Translations under genes and position numbers: made by a program
Notes under the pieces: model-generated
Databases searched by the model: none
What the model was told of the DNA's origin: nothing
What the model saw: the letters and a program-made list of their open reading frames with translations, nothing else
In this document: piece after piece, positions 27,092-41,290 of the stretch
Position numbering within the stretch: position 1 is the first letter of the stretch
How the letters are laid out: each line of letters starts with the position of its first letter
Source of the DNA: Catajapyx aquilonaris
Lineage: Eukaryota
Direction: 5' to 3'
DNA length: 64,000 nucleotides
Assembly: GCA_000934665.2 (NCBI GenBank)
Contig: KZ538342.1
Span: 1 to 64,000, forward strand

Positions 27092-30000
27092 TCCCCTGAA
27101 AAAAAAGCGGTGCAAAGCGAACGTAATATAACATGTCATTTTCCGATTCGGTAGCTTATTCCTAATTGCTTATGTATGAATGCTGGGATTCCGAATGCAA
27201 ATCCTGGAATTGCGTGTGACATCATGCGGTATATTGAGTGGATGTCCTCCGAGTCCATGGACTGTGGAATTAAATCTCCGCTGTGCGGATCTGCAGTATT
27301 GGGGAAGCAGAGGAATGAATGATGCACGCTCAGGGCCGAAACAAACCCACCCAAACCCCCTACTCTGCTTCTAACACCCACCCACCCACACATGCCCCAG
27401 ACTTCAGGCCATATAGGCTACACAACCAGTCCAATATCATTTCCTGCTCATGTCTTTGAATATTAATTTTTTTTTCCAGAATTTGCATAAGTCTCCTTAT
27501 CGTTTGTTATTCTAGGAGGTTATATGCATCTTCTGATTTATGTGACACAGTCTATGTGCAGAAATGTTTCAGAATTTATTGAGAATTTGACAATTTATTG
27601 AGATATTGTTAATTTCCTCAATTTTTTAATTAAACATGTAGTAGACGTTCTCAAATATTTAATTAATTCCAATTTAGAATTAAGAGTGTTTTTTAAATTG
27701 CAGTTACGTATTTTTCAACATGCAGCTTAGTATATTCTAAGATAGTGTTAATCCGAAACAGTTTTACACTTTCCCTTCAATCTTGCACTGTGCATACTGT
27801 ACAGTATACGTACTTTCGTACAACTATATTGTGCAACTGAAAAACCGTTGCTGTAAGTAATTGTGTTCAAAAAGACTCCTAACTCTATGAGCATATTTGT
27901 ATTTCACTTTTGTAGGAATGATTTGAAACAGTCAGAGCCCGTGGGGGAAAAAAATTGAGTTTGAACCGTGGGGGAGGGGGGTGCTGGACGTCTGTGGGAT
28001 GAAGGGTGCTTATGGAAAGAAGAATGGGCTCGACATTAGCCTAGAGCTGGCATTCCCATGTGGATGTTATGCCGGTTAGTGCATAAGCTCTTGAAATATG
28101 TCGGGTGGGTGGAGGGGGGGGGGGGTGCTGTATAACCAGTTTTCTATGCGTTCGGATCGCTTCACCATGGAAAGAGAGCGAATAAACAGGCGCATAGCTA
28201 ACTAGTTTGCAATTACACTTGTGGCCTGCAAACGAGGTGGAGCCCGTGAAAAATTCGCGTACATGCACCGAGCTAGGTCCAACTCATTTGGACCTTCCGA
28301 GTCAAGAAATTATTCAGGAACTGCCATAAGCACGTATCAGGCCAGACTCACCTAATCACTATGGGAAACTATTGCATTACAAAATAATGAGAGCCCAAGT
28401 TGGAAGCCGGAGTTCCAATCCGTGAACGTGCTTAATTGGACAGATCCCGGTCCTCCATTCGCGACACCTCCAATGTCTTCGGGGCCTCCACTCCAGGCCC
28501 ATTGATTGAAGGCAGCTTCCAAGAGCGGCCATTAATTAGAGGTTCCGGAAGGCCATCTCAGGGCGGCACCATAGCGGATGAATCGGATTAACCCCAACTG
28601 TTTGCCTCCTAATCGTGTGCTCCCAGGATCCGGGGGCAGCCCTCGGACCCTAGGGAAAGTGAAGGAAAGGAAAAATATCCGGCGGACGTGTCGCTTCGAC
28701 TAGTGTCCACCTATTAATCATTGATAGAGTACAGTGTCCTCCAGATAAACCAACCCCCAGTGCAATTTTGGGAAGCCCAAGGTCTGAAATTCCCTAATAT
28801 TTTCTGGTGTTTCCAACATGGCAGGTCCATCTACCCACACAACCTACCTATACCTCCCCCGCGCTTGCAATAATACCAGTTGGGAAGGGGCGGGCGGTGG
28901 CATTAGACCGGCTCAACGCGTCGATCCGTTCAGATTTCAACAGAGGGAGCTGGGCAAAGCGGATTATGGGGCCAAGGGGAAAGCCGCTGACACCCAGCCA
29001 ACGAACCAACACACATACAATCCATACCATACTCATCTGCTCCACATTTTAAGTGTGCTCCGTATTTTTTAAAGTAAGTATAAGCCTGGAGTAAATCCGA
29101 CACTCTGCATGTTTGATGCGTGCTGACCCCGTATTTGTTTGGAGAGAGGACAGCGTTGACTGTGGTCTCACCCTCATGGCGGCGTATCAGGGCCATGATA
29201 GTGCGACCACGCAAATGACATTGTTTACCAGGCTGGAGCCCGGACTACAGCCCTGGCAAAAGTGAGGTGAGAATTGGACGCTGACAAGCCCACAGCTGCC
29301 GACACTAACCTGTCGACATGGCTCATATCACACACACCTACCTGTAGAGAGCACACACTGTTGAAATGACACTCAACAATAGCTATATAGGGTGGTCCAA
29401 CTAGGAGTAGTGCATACTTTTCCAGGCAGCTGGTTGACTCAAATGAATATGCTCATTGCCCCCGTGACAATTTTCTCTTGTTATTTCTCGGAGGGCACCC
29501 CACGGTGGGCAGCACCAAGCAGCTATGGAGCTTTCAATATTCCATCAGGGGTCGTAGGTTGTGTCCCGCAGGGAGCTCCGGTGGTGTCCGTCACTCCAGA
29601 GAGGGTCCATGACAAATGGAAGCCGCCGCGGTTTACTTCCTCTTTTGTACCTGAGATACTCCGTGCGATACAAAAAATTGCCCCTTTTTGTCTCCCTCCC
29701 GTGATGACCCCGCGGGTCAACACGGGGGTATCCCGCCCCGAGTTGAGGGATGGAAATACACGTGGACGCCCCACAGTCCCTCCGTGCGATGCTAGTGAAA
29801 GGTTATGTTTCATTCGGCCTGTATGACCGACTTTCCCACATGTGATTTATGGACTCGTGCAGTCATTACCATGTATGACTGATGCGATAATGTTTAATAT
29901 TCTGTTTTATAGTACACTCTGCTTCAGAATGTATGGCCGTGTGCCTCAGATCCTGAAGCAGCCCCCGCAGTTTATGGTAACAACTGAGGGGTGACCAACC

Positions 30001-31265
30001 GAATCCCCTTACCTCACCTCACCCTCACAGCTCGACAAAAAAATAACAAGGGCAGGCAGACTACATCCGAAAAAGGTGGTCAGTTGCTTGACCTGCCCCC
30101 TCTTTCATCATGACTGACAAATTGTATCTGGTAGGCGATGGCTCGATCACAGCGCCATAAATTCGGGGATTTTCCCCAGCACAGTTGGCTCTTTAATTAG
30201 ACGGCCGCACCATCTGATTAGGCGGCCCGGAGGCTTACTTCTGCCCTTTTCAACACGTCTCGGTACATGGGAAGGAACATAACGCTATCGATATCTGTAC
30301 GATAATCTCGGCCAGACAAGGAAGGGCCAATATCAGATATGGCGATTGCATAATGTTTTGCAGAATTGTTGATTCGGCGAATTCGTCCACCCACCTAGAG
30401 GAAAATCCTACAGCAATCAGCCATGATGACCAGACCCCCCCGATTGTTCGGATTCTCACATGCGGAAAAGGCAATGGGTTTGTCGTCGGCTCCAATTTAT
30501 TCCGGATTAGACCAGCTTCTGATGATGACTGCCAGGGATTTGCCCACCCGGATTTCGCAGAGGGGGAGACACATCTACCTTATGAAGTCGAGGCAGCATC
30601 AGGGTGAGGGAAAACATGGTTGGGGTCCCTGGGAAGTAAATATCGAGTAGTATATGCCGGCGGGTCTGGGCCCAGAAGGCTGAGGGATGGTAGCCATAAC
30701 TAATCCCCGGTGCCATGAAAAGCGGTCCGATGGAGTGGAAGCGCATTGTCATTGTGCAAGAGAAACGAGCCCAGTGGACTGGCCTGATGTGGCCCAAAGG
30801 CCAGGGGACCAATATCCGTCCGCTCCCCCAAATATGAATGCCTTTGCCCGCCTGCCACGGGACGTATATACGGGTGCTGGGTCTTCATTGCTTCCTGGCG
30901 CGTGCATGGGTCTGATACGGTCAACTTCTGGCCCGGATTCGATGAAATAGGGAGAGGAAAAAAAAGGAGTATGCATTTCGTGTCGTCTCTTTTTCTAGGA
31001 GAATTTTGCTGCACCCTGCCCGCTTTATTGCGACGGATCAACAGTATAGGGGGACATTTTTGGATCCAGGGGGTTGGAGAGTATGAAGAGACCGGGTTGA
31101 GAGGGTGCTTCTGATTTCTGTGGGGGCACTGGGAGGTCTTAAGTATTTAGAATGGGTCGTGTGTCATTTTTTAAGAGGATGGGGTGACAGTTGGTCCTTA
31201 GAAGTGTGAAATATTGGGGTCAATTTGGCATTGTGACATTTTTAGAAACAAGTGCACCTCTTTTA

Positions 31266-31301
31266 ATTGGGCACACTTGTCAATTGACAAGTGTGCCCAA
31301 T
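31266..31301. repeat. Perfect 36-bp palindrome
   Basis: ATTGGGCACACTTGTCAA|TTGACAAGTGTGCCCAAT. Confidence 0.9.
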
Positions 31302-34285
31302 GTTGCCAAATATTACTAACTACTACATTTTATAAACACTGAAAGTGTAACAAACATAAGAAGCTAAGCAAAAAAAAACTGCTATCAAAATGGTACCTAA
31401 TAAAATTGGACACATTGGTAAAATCGCTAGGATAGATCTTAGCCCGGTGTAATTACTTCAGCACTTGTCTGATTAATATTCAGATCAGGCGGTACTGTGG
31501 TGATGCACTTGATGCATTACATGCAACACCGTTTATTAATATTCCACCTGGAGGTTGAAGCTCGCATTAGCCAAAATTGATATCCCCGAAAACTCCCGGC
31601 ACCACCCGCACTTTCAGCCCAATTAGAACATCATTAAGCATTTTTAAGCCCCTTCAACAACCGGGGGGACTCCCCACATCAAAATCTTGAGTCCCATTAT
31701 TATTTAACGTTATTACCTCCTAACCGGCATAAAAGTGGTTCATAATACTATTTTCTTTGACTGTAAACGCCAAAACACAGGCTACCTGGTGGTTGCCGAT
31801 CAAAATCAATTTGATCGCAATGTTTTTCCTCTCTCTGATGATGGAAAGGAGAAAATTCCTTGATCGGACCGGCCAAGGGTGTAAGAGGATGGTGGGAAGG
31901 GGGCGGTGTCCATGCATCTCTAAGCTGGCCGGCGGGCGCTTTTTAACACGGCCAGGACCACCCCAAAGGTGCTTAATGGCTACTTTCAGGTCCATCAAAT
32001 TTAATTATGACGGCAGAGCCCTGTAATCAGAGAGTTGGCGCGGCGGGCCCTCAACGTGTTCCAACAAGTCCATAAGCGCGTGGTTGATGCTATCAAATGG
32101 CGCTGGTTGGCTGGTGGGGTGGTCCAGATTGAGAGGGGGGGCCAAGTGGGGGGACCACAACCTTTTTGGCCCTGCCAACTTGTCTGCATCTGTTGTGTCG
32201 GCCACAAAACAGCTCCTCCTCCGGATCCTGGTGGTCCAGGCGGTGTTTCCAAGTTTACGAATGCGAAATTGCAATTTTAATGAATATACATTTAACAATT
32301 TTTTGGGTCTTGGAAATCCTTCAAGGCATGCAACAAACCATGTTCGGAGTAAATGTGGGATTTATTTCTCTAAATATTCGTGTCACCTTGGCAAATAAAT
32401 GGCTGAGTTAGTTCCAATACATTGTTATGAAATATACCAGGCTTAAATATAAGTTTAACAATGTACTGTTTATTAAGCAATGAGCACCTGCAAATTACAT
32501 ATCAATAGAATATATTATGAATGTAAAGATCACCCAAAAATTGTCGTAAACATAAGCATACATGAAGATCTGAAATGCATATTGATCACAAGCAGTCATA
32601 TTTTAGTTAGGGCATTGTTTATTTCAAAATATACTGTATTCATCGATGGGTGCTTATGTTGGTCAATCCAATTTTCTGATAGAGAAAGTAAAGTTTTCGT
32701 GAAATATATGTAAAATAAATTCATAGGACATAATAATGCAGTCTTCAAACTTTAAACCCCACATATCGAGAAATAGCTGTCAAATCGTTCTTTCGTCGTC
32801 TTGCAGTTCAGATCTTTATTAAATTATTTATGACGCCTTCAATGAATAATTTATACACAGCAGGCCTACATACTGTACGCCTACAACCAATACTGACAAA
32901 TCCACATAAAAATAGTAATTGAGGTACCAAGTGACTTCGGAGAAGTTATGGACAAACGAGAGTTGTAGAATCACTGGACTTATCAGGAGGATTTTACAAC
33001 CTGGAAGTAGAGCGGCGTCGCGCCGCACATTTTTTTAATTCAGAGCCTGATACACATATCGCGTTTTGATACGGCGCGTGGTTTTACAACTTTGGGCACA
33101 TCCTTTGGCGCGTATCTCGGTGTGGAAATAAACAGGATGTGGTCACTCGACAAATTAATGAGCACATCCTGGGATTGGGTCTGGCAACGTGGCATCGGGC
33201 CTCCCATGGTGTTGTTGCCTAAATAGGATATATAGAGGGCGTCACATGCGCCGATGGCCACACAGATAAGCTGTATTTTTTGGGGAGGCGGTTTGGCCTC
33301 TCAATACTTAAAGGGGGGAAAGGCAAACGGCTTGTAATTTCCTCGACAATTAGCAAATTACAGCGTGAAGTGGTGAAGGGTGCTGGATTTTTTTCCCCTC
33401 TGCCTTTCATTTATGATGCGGTCAGCATATCTTATGTGCCTAACCCTCTCTCTCAGGTTTTTGGCCTCAATTGCGGTTCAGAAAAAAATTTGATCACGTG
33501 TTGGGTGGATTTTGGATATGAATTAAGACAGCTGCATGGAATCTGCAAGGAGGCCTGAAGCGAGCCGGTTCTTTGGCCGGGCGAAAGGTTGTTCAAGGTG
33601 AGCGCAGTAATTCGCAATTTTGTACCAAAGTGTCGATAATCACGCCGTATTTTTTGAAGAAAACAAACACCGACCGGTAGTGGCCATCAACGAACCTGAT
33701 TTTTAAAATGCACCGAAAGCGCGATAATTATGCAACTTGTGTAATATTTTGCACTCTAATGCAAAAGGTCACGTGAAACTGAGATATTAATGAACATTCA
33801 GTTAAAAATCAGTACAAAAGGCAAAGTTGTCCATAAAATAAAGGTGCACGTTGAATATCCCATATATTCTAGACACACATTGAAGAATGTCCTTGCCGTA
33901 ATAGCTGTTGTGATACACTGTTTTCAATTGTTTTAGATCGTTTACACTTACAGGAAGGGGATGCACAAAAAATAGTATTTTAGATAATTATTTATAGCTA
34001 TCCCCACAATGAAAATTACAAGTAACAGATTCGGACTTGTTGGTGGCCAACATGTCAGTACCATGTTCTGCTGATCTGTTGAGGGGCCAATCTATAACGG
34101 AGAGGAAAATTTTGATTCAGGTAATTTTGAAACTACATGTGCCAGTGAGCTCCATAATGAAGTTTTCACCATCTTCTAGTTGGAGATTCGGCATAGCTGG
34201 ATCCAAACCTGCCTCGACGTTGAATTATCGTATTAATAACGTCGTTTGACACATGGTTCACACCTAGCAAACATTAAATGTACCG

Positions 34286-34353
34286 GTATTCTTTGAGTTT
34301 TTATGACCATGTTACAAATTTTGTAACTTGGTCATAAAAACTTAAAGACATAC
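34286..34353. repeat. Near-perfect ~68-bp palindrome
   Basis: GTATTCTTTGAGTTTTTATGACCATGTTACAAA-T-TTTGTAACTTGGTCATAAAAACTTAAAGACATAC. Confidence 0.85.
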
Positions 34354-35672
34354 ACTAAAAAACCATGTATGTCTTTTGACTCTATCAATAATACTTTGGT
34401 TTTTATAAGGCTTTGAAAGTGTCTATTTCTTGTACAGTAGTGTAACCCTGTATAATGACCGAATAATTATTATAAAATAATCGAATAATAGTTATTGATA
34501 TACCTGCTCAAACAAAAATTTGCATTCAACTTCTGAGATATTATTGCCCCAATTTGCATGCACAGCATCATCAGCCTTCATCTGGACAAATTTTTTTTAA
34601 ATTTCATTTTTCACTTTTTGCTCATATTCATACTAATGTACAGAATATTTTTCTGCATCTTGGCAATATTAGCTAAATGGCCAGGGCAAACACCCCCCTC
34701 AAAATCGATTGTCCCCCTTACACGACCCCACACCCTGGTAACGCGGTGGGTTTTCCCGCCAACAATTAACCCTAGGTCGCCCTGGGGCGTCATCCCGCGG
34801 CGCTCGGACTATTTGTCCTTTTTTTCGGCTCCTACCCCCCACCCTTAATCTAATGATTGGGCTAATTTGATCGGAAGCGACAGGGTAATCCCGGAGCGGG
34901 GGCGCCGAATTAAGATCTCCTGCATTATTTGGCGCGACGTCGCAAGGGAGCGCGGATGGCGGTGTGGCGTCGGGGGCGTCGGGATGGGGAGGGAGGGATG
35001 GGGGGGGGCAGTCGCCGACCCCCCTCCCGACCCCCTCTCTCCGATTGCCCCTCGTTAGCTCCAAATTCCGGCTTGATTAGGACCGCAATGCCGCCGCTTC
35101 CCAGCATCCCCCTGTGGGATCAACCCCCCACTTCCATACTATACCAACCCAGATATCATGAGGGAATCACAACCTATGTTCACTCCCTCCCCCTTCATGC
35201 CATGCACTCCCCAACCTTGTACCAATTTCCAAATGCTTGGAAAATAGGGGTTGTAATCGATCTGTCAAATGCGATTGGGAATTAAGGCGGAGGCTACAGG
35301 GGGGTGCTAGGAGAATTGCTCATCTGCCAGCGAATATTGTGGGGGAACATGCAAATCTATAGTATGAAAGCATGTCGCAAGAGAGGCGAAACATTATTGC
35401 CTTACACTTAATGATAAATGGATGTCGTACGGGATTTGTTTTTCCAGTATTTTGCAGTGGACCAGAAAAATTTGAAAATATTTTCTTACGCTGACTATAG
35501 TACGATTAGTCCTGATTTTGCTAATTTTGATACTGCAACAAGTACCACTGACTGAGAAAATTATTTAACATTTTTTTGCTTATGTAAAAATGGCATTTAA
35601 AATGTCACAGGAACATATTGTTAACTTCGGAGCTACAAGTACATTAGGGCTACTTGTAAGTACTAGAATATA

Positions 35673-35973
35673 CAGGGTGTCTCATATTTTTTGTCCGAAC
35701 AGTTATCGGAATATTGCGCGTAGCTGCTACTTTTTAAGCAGTGACTTGCAAATGGTGATTTTTCGGAGGAACGGGGAATATTCCCTGCGAATCGTAGGTT
35801 GAAGTGTCATACGTGCTGGCCGCTGAAAATTGAGGGTCAAGCCTGGAAAAAAGAGGGTCACACACCCATTCCCCATTCCTCCGACAAATCACCGTTTGGA
35901 AGTCACTGCTTAAAAAGTAGCAGCTACGCGCAATATTCCGATAACTGTTCCGACAAAAAAGATGAGAATCCTG
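35673..35973. mobile_element. Tc1/mariner-type MITE (301 bp) with ~105-bp TIRs
   Basis: TA|CAGGGTGTCTCA...TGAGAATCCTG|TA. The arms share a perfect ~50-bp core GAACAGTTATCGGAATATTGCGCGTAGCTGCTACTTTTTAAGCAGTGACTT, with a TA duplication on both sides. Confidence 0.85.
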
Positions 35974-38900
35974 TATAATACTTGGTATAAGTGATCTCGG
36001 AATATTTAACTAGTTTAAGTTTTACTGTACAGTGCCAGCTAGAAAGTGCAATTGAAATTCTTGAAATTTCTATCGGATTGTAGCAATAACAATTCAGAAT
36101 TGAAAACTGCTACAATATGTTTAGAACTCGTAATGTGACATCCCCATACTTTCTATCACTCCTTACATGGTTGCTTTACATAACCCAACATAGACTTGGT
36201 GCACACCAAGCAGATTGAGTTATCACAGCGGCGCGACTTCCCAAATGTTCAATTATTCCGCTTAGTTTGACACTCCGTGTCCGTGACGTCACGCGGGTCC
36301 TGTTACAAACGATCTCGGACACTAATCCAGGACAAGGGGATTCAGGGAGACCTTTTTTTTTGTCTGCTGCTGTTGCATAGTGTATATGCCCAAGTATGAG
36401 AGCGTAGCAGTGAGTAAATCTGTCGGAGTTAGGTCCCCCCTCGAAACACACACAGCACAGCAGCAAGAGAGAGGCTGGGTTCGCGCGACAAACATCATTC
36501 ATTATTCACTTAGGCCGCTTAGCATCAATCTTTTATAGCCCCAGGCAATGGGGTCTAACGCCGGCGGCGGAGTGTTAGCATGGCCGGTACAAAATGCTCT
36601 ATCCAATTAACTTGATTTCGGGGGCGCCCGGCCCCTGACTTTAAGAGCGCGGCCCGGGCTATTAATGAAGATAAACGAACCGGCTTTTATTTGGTTACAG
36701 GCGTCGTTAAGAACTGCCTTTCGTCGTTGCTTAGGTCCCAGGATTGGGCCCTGATGCTGATGCTCGGATAGGACGCACAGAGGTTAGTGCTGGACCACTC
36801 AAGGTACTGGACCACTACAGGGTGAGGGAAAAATTCGGGTTCAATTGGACATGTTCAGGTTGTATAATAGTGAATTCAAGTGAAACTAGTTGATATGGGG
36901 TCTCCCGATACGAAATAGCAGCCGTTATAATTTCCTATAAGTCTTCCTAATTGCATTAATGGGCATTAATATGCTAGAAATACATCGACAACGTTAGATT
37001 GGTATTGGAGTACAGGTTAAGTTGCAATTTCCCCCTTTTACGAGGATATCATCGTGCAGGACATGGAGTCAGCAGCATGCACCCAAGTTTTCATTACGCC
37101 TAATGGAGTTTCTTCCGAATCACGATAATTGCTCCAACGACGGAAACGTACGTGTGAGGATTCTGAAGTGTCACGTGAAGTACGCCATCTGAATAATCGG
37201 GTCGAACAAGGCCCCCCCGCGGATTTATGATCTTCTGTCATGTTATGCGGTCTATGGAAGAAAAACGATGCCACTAACCAAATTGGACACTAGCAGAAGA
37301 CAAAAAAAGACTTCGACTATGACCATAACTTTTCCAACTAAAGGTCAACGGTCCATTCCAAAGGGGGTCTTATAAGGATGGTATCGACGCGGCTATATCC
37401 CGACTGTAGCCGGGGCTGTCATTGGTTATGCAGTAGGATTCGGCGCCTTTGATTGGCTGCCGGCCTCTTTTCCCCCATCCTACAATGGCTGCCGACTTCA
37501 TCAAATAATCATTGGCCCCGGGTCTTTGGCACGGCCATCTAAAATATTAGGCGCTCCGTTTCACACCACGACTTACAGAGTGGCTCGACCTAATCAGATC
37601 AGCGTCCTGAAAATTGCCCTTGATGAATGGCGGCCTGGCCCTCGGTCTGACGTGAATAGATCTCTTTCTCTTAGTGTTAGTGTTCAAAAAGGCGGAAGCT
37701 ATCAAGCTGCCACTTTCAACCAAAGATTATGTCTGTACTTTCTCCGAGAACAGGTGTTCTCGGGTGATCGGGAAGTTCGGCCCAGCCGAATTACGGCCAA
37801 AGTGCGGCGCCATTACTCATGTTGACTGGGATATAGAGCGCGAATTGTAAGAATGTCATTCAGACTACGCCGATTGGTATCGAACCGATGTCAAAAATTC
37901 GGAAGGTAGATTTCGGGAGATGGCCTCCAGGGTTCTATTAGTGTTATCTACGCAGAGTGAAACATTTTCAGGATTGGTTCGAGTTCGCCAGAAGATACAG
38001 ATTAATATTGAAAGTGGTAGAGGAACACTCCTAAGGATGCGAGAGATATTACATGTGCTATAGGCCTAATAGTGATGCAACAGAGCTATCAAAATTTTTC
38101 ACAAAATTTATTAGCGAAAAAGAAATTTCTTATGCACATGGACTATGAACAAAGGCGTCTGTTTGCTAACTTATCCCTGCTTGCACTGTCAGTAATCGTC
38201 CACGTATCGCAGTCTGAAATCTGTCCAAATCTTGCTCGTAATAATTTGCATGAGAGTAGCCCACCTTAAGCATGGAAGGGGGCTCAGAATTACTTATCCC
38301 TGGAAAATTTTGCCATTAAAAAAGGATTAAATAGCTGATTCTTTTGGCTAATCCTACGTTTCTCTGGACTGAACACCGTCTCATTTTCTTTCTTTTCTCG
38401 CTAAAAGGAAGCGGACTTGCAGATATTCTCAGCATCCACCGGGGGCCAACCTCTAATTGGAAATTTCTAGACCCAACTTGGAAAGTCATTCCAAACAAAG
38501 GATTAACGTTGGATTACACCAACATCCGTCAAGGTTTTGCAGTTTTGTTTCATTTCTTTTGGTAGTTTGTAAGGGTATGTGTGGTCTGGTACAAACATTA
38601 CAATCATGGATGCATTTATAGTGTTTTACTGAGCCATTTATGTCCTCTCACTGACAGGTTTTCAACGATAGTATTATTCCAGAACACCCTGTATACGTAT
38701 AGGGCGTGGAAGTTGTCGCCTTAGACTGCCGTTATGCAAAAAGCTTTCGTTCCCAAAATTGAGACAACGGCTCTTGCTCCTCATGTATTGCGCTGGGAAA
38801 ACACGGAGATAATTATTAGGCTTCGGTGGGGTGGGCAAGTAACGACAAGGGAGCTTTGAGAATGATGGTGGCGGAGCAGGATAGCGGAATAAAACCCAAC

Positions 38901-40260
38901 CTCTCGCCCTCACCTTACTTCCCATTCCCTGCATATTGATGACCCCAGGGGGGTCAGACTTCCATGTATAATTTAGAGCGAAACAAGACCCCTCTCTTCT
39001 CTTATTCTATTTTTCTACCGGTGCTGCCCCCTCTTTCTCCGTTCTTATCCTCCACGATTCGAAGGGGGGGATCCCTAGGCCAGCATTAGCATTTGCTGCT
39101 TTATGGTGTGTGATAAATGCCCCAATCAGGCTGAATGATAGGCGGCTCGTTGCCGCGCGAATCGAAAAGTGACGGTGCCAGCGAAAGGAGCAATACGAGC
39201 AGCACTGGCGCGTGTAATTGGATCGCTTGGAGGAAAAGCTGCCTGATCAAATGGGACGGGAGAGTTTCCCCCTCTCTCCAGTAGAAGCAAGGCAGAGATA
39301 GGAGCCAAGGATGGTGGAGGGCCTGGGGGGGTGGACACTCAGTCACTTCATTTTGTGGGGGAGGGAGTCCAACCCTTGTCTCCGCAGGCTTCTTCACACC
39401 GGCTGTGCTAATTCTTTGTCGAGGCCGGCCTGGGGAGCTTTGATGACCGCCGGATGCACTGGGAGATTTGTCAGAGGAATTTCCGGGAGAGGAGAATGGT
39501 GCAGGGATGGGGGTAATGAGAGGTTGGTGCTGGAATCATGTGGGGATTGTACCTGCTGAATGATTGGGAGGAATAGAAGAAACTGGGTTAGACAAAACCA
39601 TGATGATGATGTTTCAGGTTGTCTCATTTGTCTCTCAACGGTTCGGGTGAAGTGTTTGCTCCCATGAGAATAACGGATGTCATGTTTGTCACATGTGTAT
39701 ACCGTCCATTAGCAGACAGCGAATTTATTAGACTGAACTTGTCACAGAACTCTTTCATATTTTTAAATCACGAATACAAAAATGCATATAGTCGTACCTG
39801 GTATACTGTATAATTATACAGACAACCCAAAGTCAGGAGCAGGCGCTTTCGAACAGCTACCATACTTTTCATAATATTTTCTGCCATAATATTGGGTCGA
39901 ATGGGTGCATCCTTTTAGACTAAAGAAGGAGGGTTAAAGAATCTCTGCATAGTGTATATACTGCGACATCAGATGCAGGGGAGGCGGAGTGGTGCTGCGG
40001 ACCTGCGGTAACGTATGCGCCCACGGATGTTAAGGTCCCGGGTTCGATCCCAACCCGGGGACACCCCCTTCATCATCTCGTGCAGAGTTCAGGGTCACCT
40101 CTGGCTTCGTCTCGGGTGGTATTTCCACAGACTAAACCACCCGGGGGAGTTCACTAAAAATGGCCACAGCGTCAGATGCACTGCACCTTGCACATCCCCT
40201 CCTGTTATCCTGCTGCCCGTGGGCCCGGGCGTTTCAGTTAGTAGGTTCCAATGTATAATA

Positions 40261-41290
40261 GTAGGGGAGGGTGAGGCTAGTTGTACCTCTTTTTGCTTCC
40301 GATTTTTTATTTCCTAATGTACTGCACCTATCGACAAGTTTCAAGAACAATTTGATGGTTTCTACCTTTGGCAACATGTCAATATTTAAATTATTATAGT
40401 TCTAGTGTACTGTCGGGTATAGTAAATCACATTTCAAATGACCTCTGCAGCTGTTACAACTTGCCCCATCCACGGGGCAAGTTGTAACAGCCTGTGGGGT
40501 AAGTTGTACCAGGGTGTAAAAATATCAATAATATTCAACTCGCAAAGCAATTATTTTTAATTCAGGCTACTCTTCATCATTGGCTACAAGATTATTATGA
40601 GACATGTCTTCAAATACTTTCAATCCTGTCCTACACAGAGTCGTCAGAATAACAAATGTGCACAATTGTTATTCTGACGACTCTGCCATGGCACGCATAT
40701 TACATATTAGGGTATTCCCTGTGTACGAAGTTCATAATTATACGCCCACGTGGCACCCATTACACTGTATCCACCTTTTTTGAAGAGAAAATGTCTAAAA
40801 TGGGGTACAGCACCAGTTATTTCAAGTTACAAGCAATACGTTATTGTTCGGGTATGTTGTACCATTGTTACAACTTGCCCCGCGTGCTTTGTTACAACTT
40901 GCCCCAGCCCCCTTTCGTAACCAATTCATCAGATGGCAGATTTAGCCTATACCCAACACTGTACTCGTTTTCTAGCCATGCCGTTAGATTCTGCATGATT
41001 CAAGCTACGGAGTAATATAATTATATCTCACTAACTTGCCATAAAACACTACACCTGCAATAGCAAAAATGGACAGATGAAAAAATTCACTCGGGTGCTT
41101 CAAACACACAAAGACAAAATAGGCGATATCTCCGGAGCTCCGAAATAAACACCGACCAGGCTTCCGTCACAGGAAGATAGGGTGTTTTTCGTGATTCTGA
41201 CAAATTCTAGTTTGGTCAAAAAACAAGTGCCGAAGAAAATGTGACTGGTACAACTTACCTCACGGTACAACTAGCCCAACTCTCCCCTAC
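40261..41290. mobile_element. Non-autonomous DNA transposon (1030 bp) inserted in the SINE
   Basis: 27-bp TIRs GTAGGGGAGGGTGAGGCTAGTTGTACC / GGTACAACTAGCCCAACTCTCCCCTAC, with AATA directly on both sides (40257-40260, 41291-41294). Several internal copies of the TIR-related motif GTTACAACTTGCCCC. No transposase ORF. Superfamily uncertain. Confidence 0.85.
40636..40685. repeat. 50-bp near-perfect palindrome inside the TIR element
   Basis: CAGAGTCGTCAGAATAACAAATGTG|CACAATTGTTATTCTGACGACTCTG, one A/A mismatch. Confidence 0.9.

Noticed and set aside
39980..40065. tRNA gene
   Set aside because: It has A/B boxes but I cannot fold a convincing cloverleaf and there is no oligo-T terminator. It continues into a body and (ATT)n tail with a TSD, so it is a SINE head.
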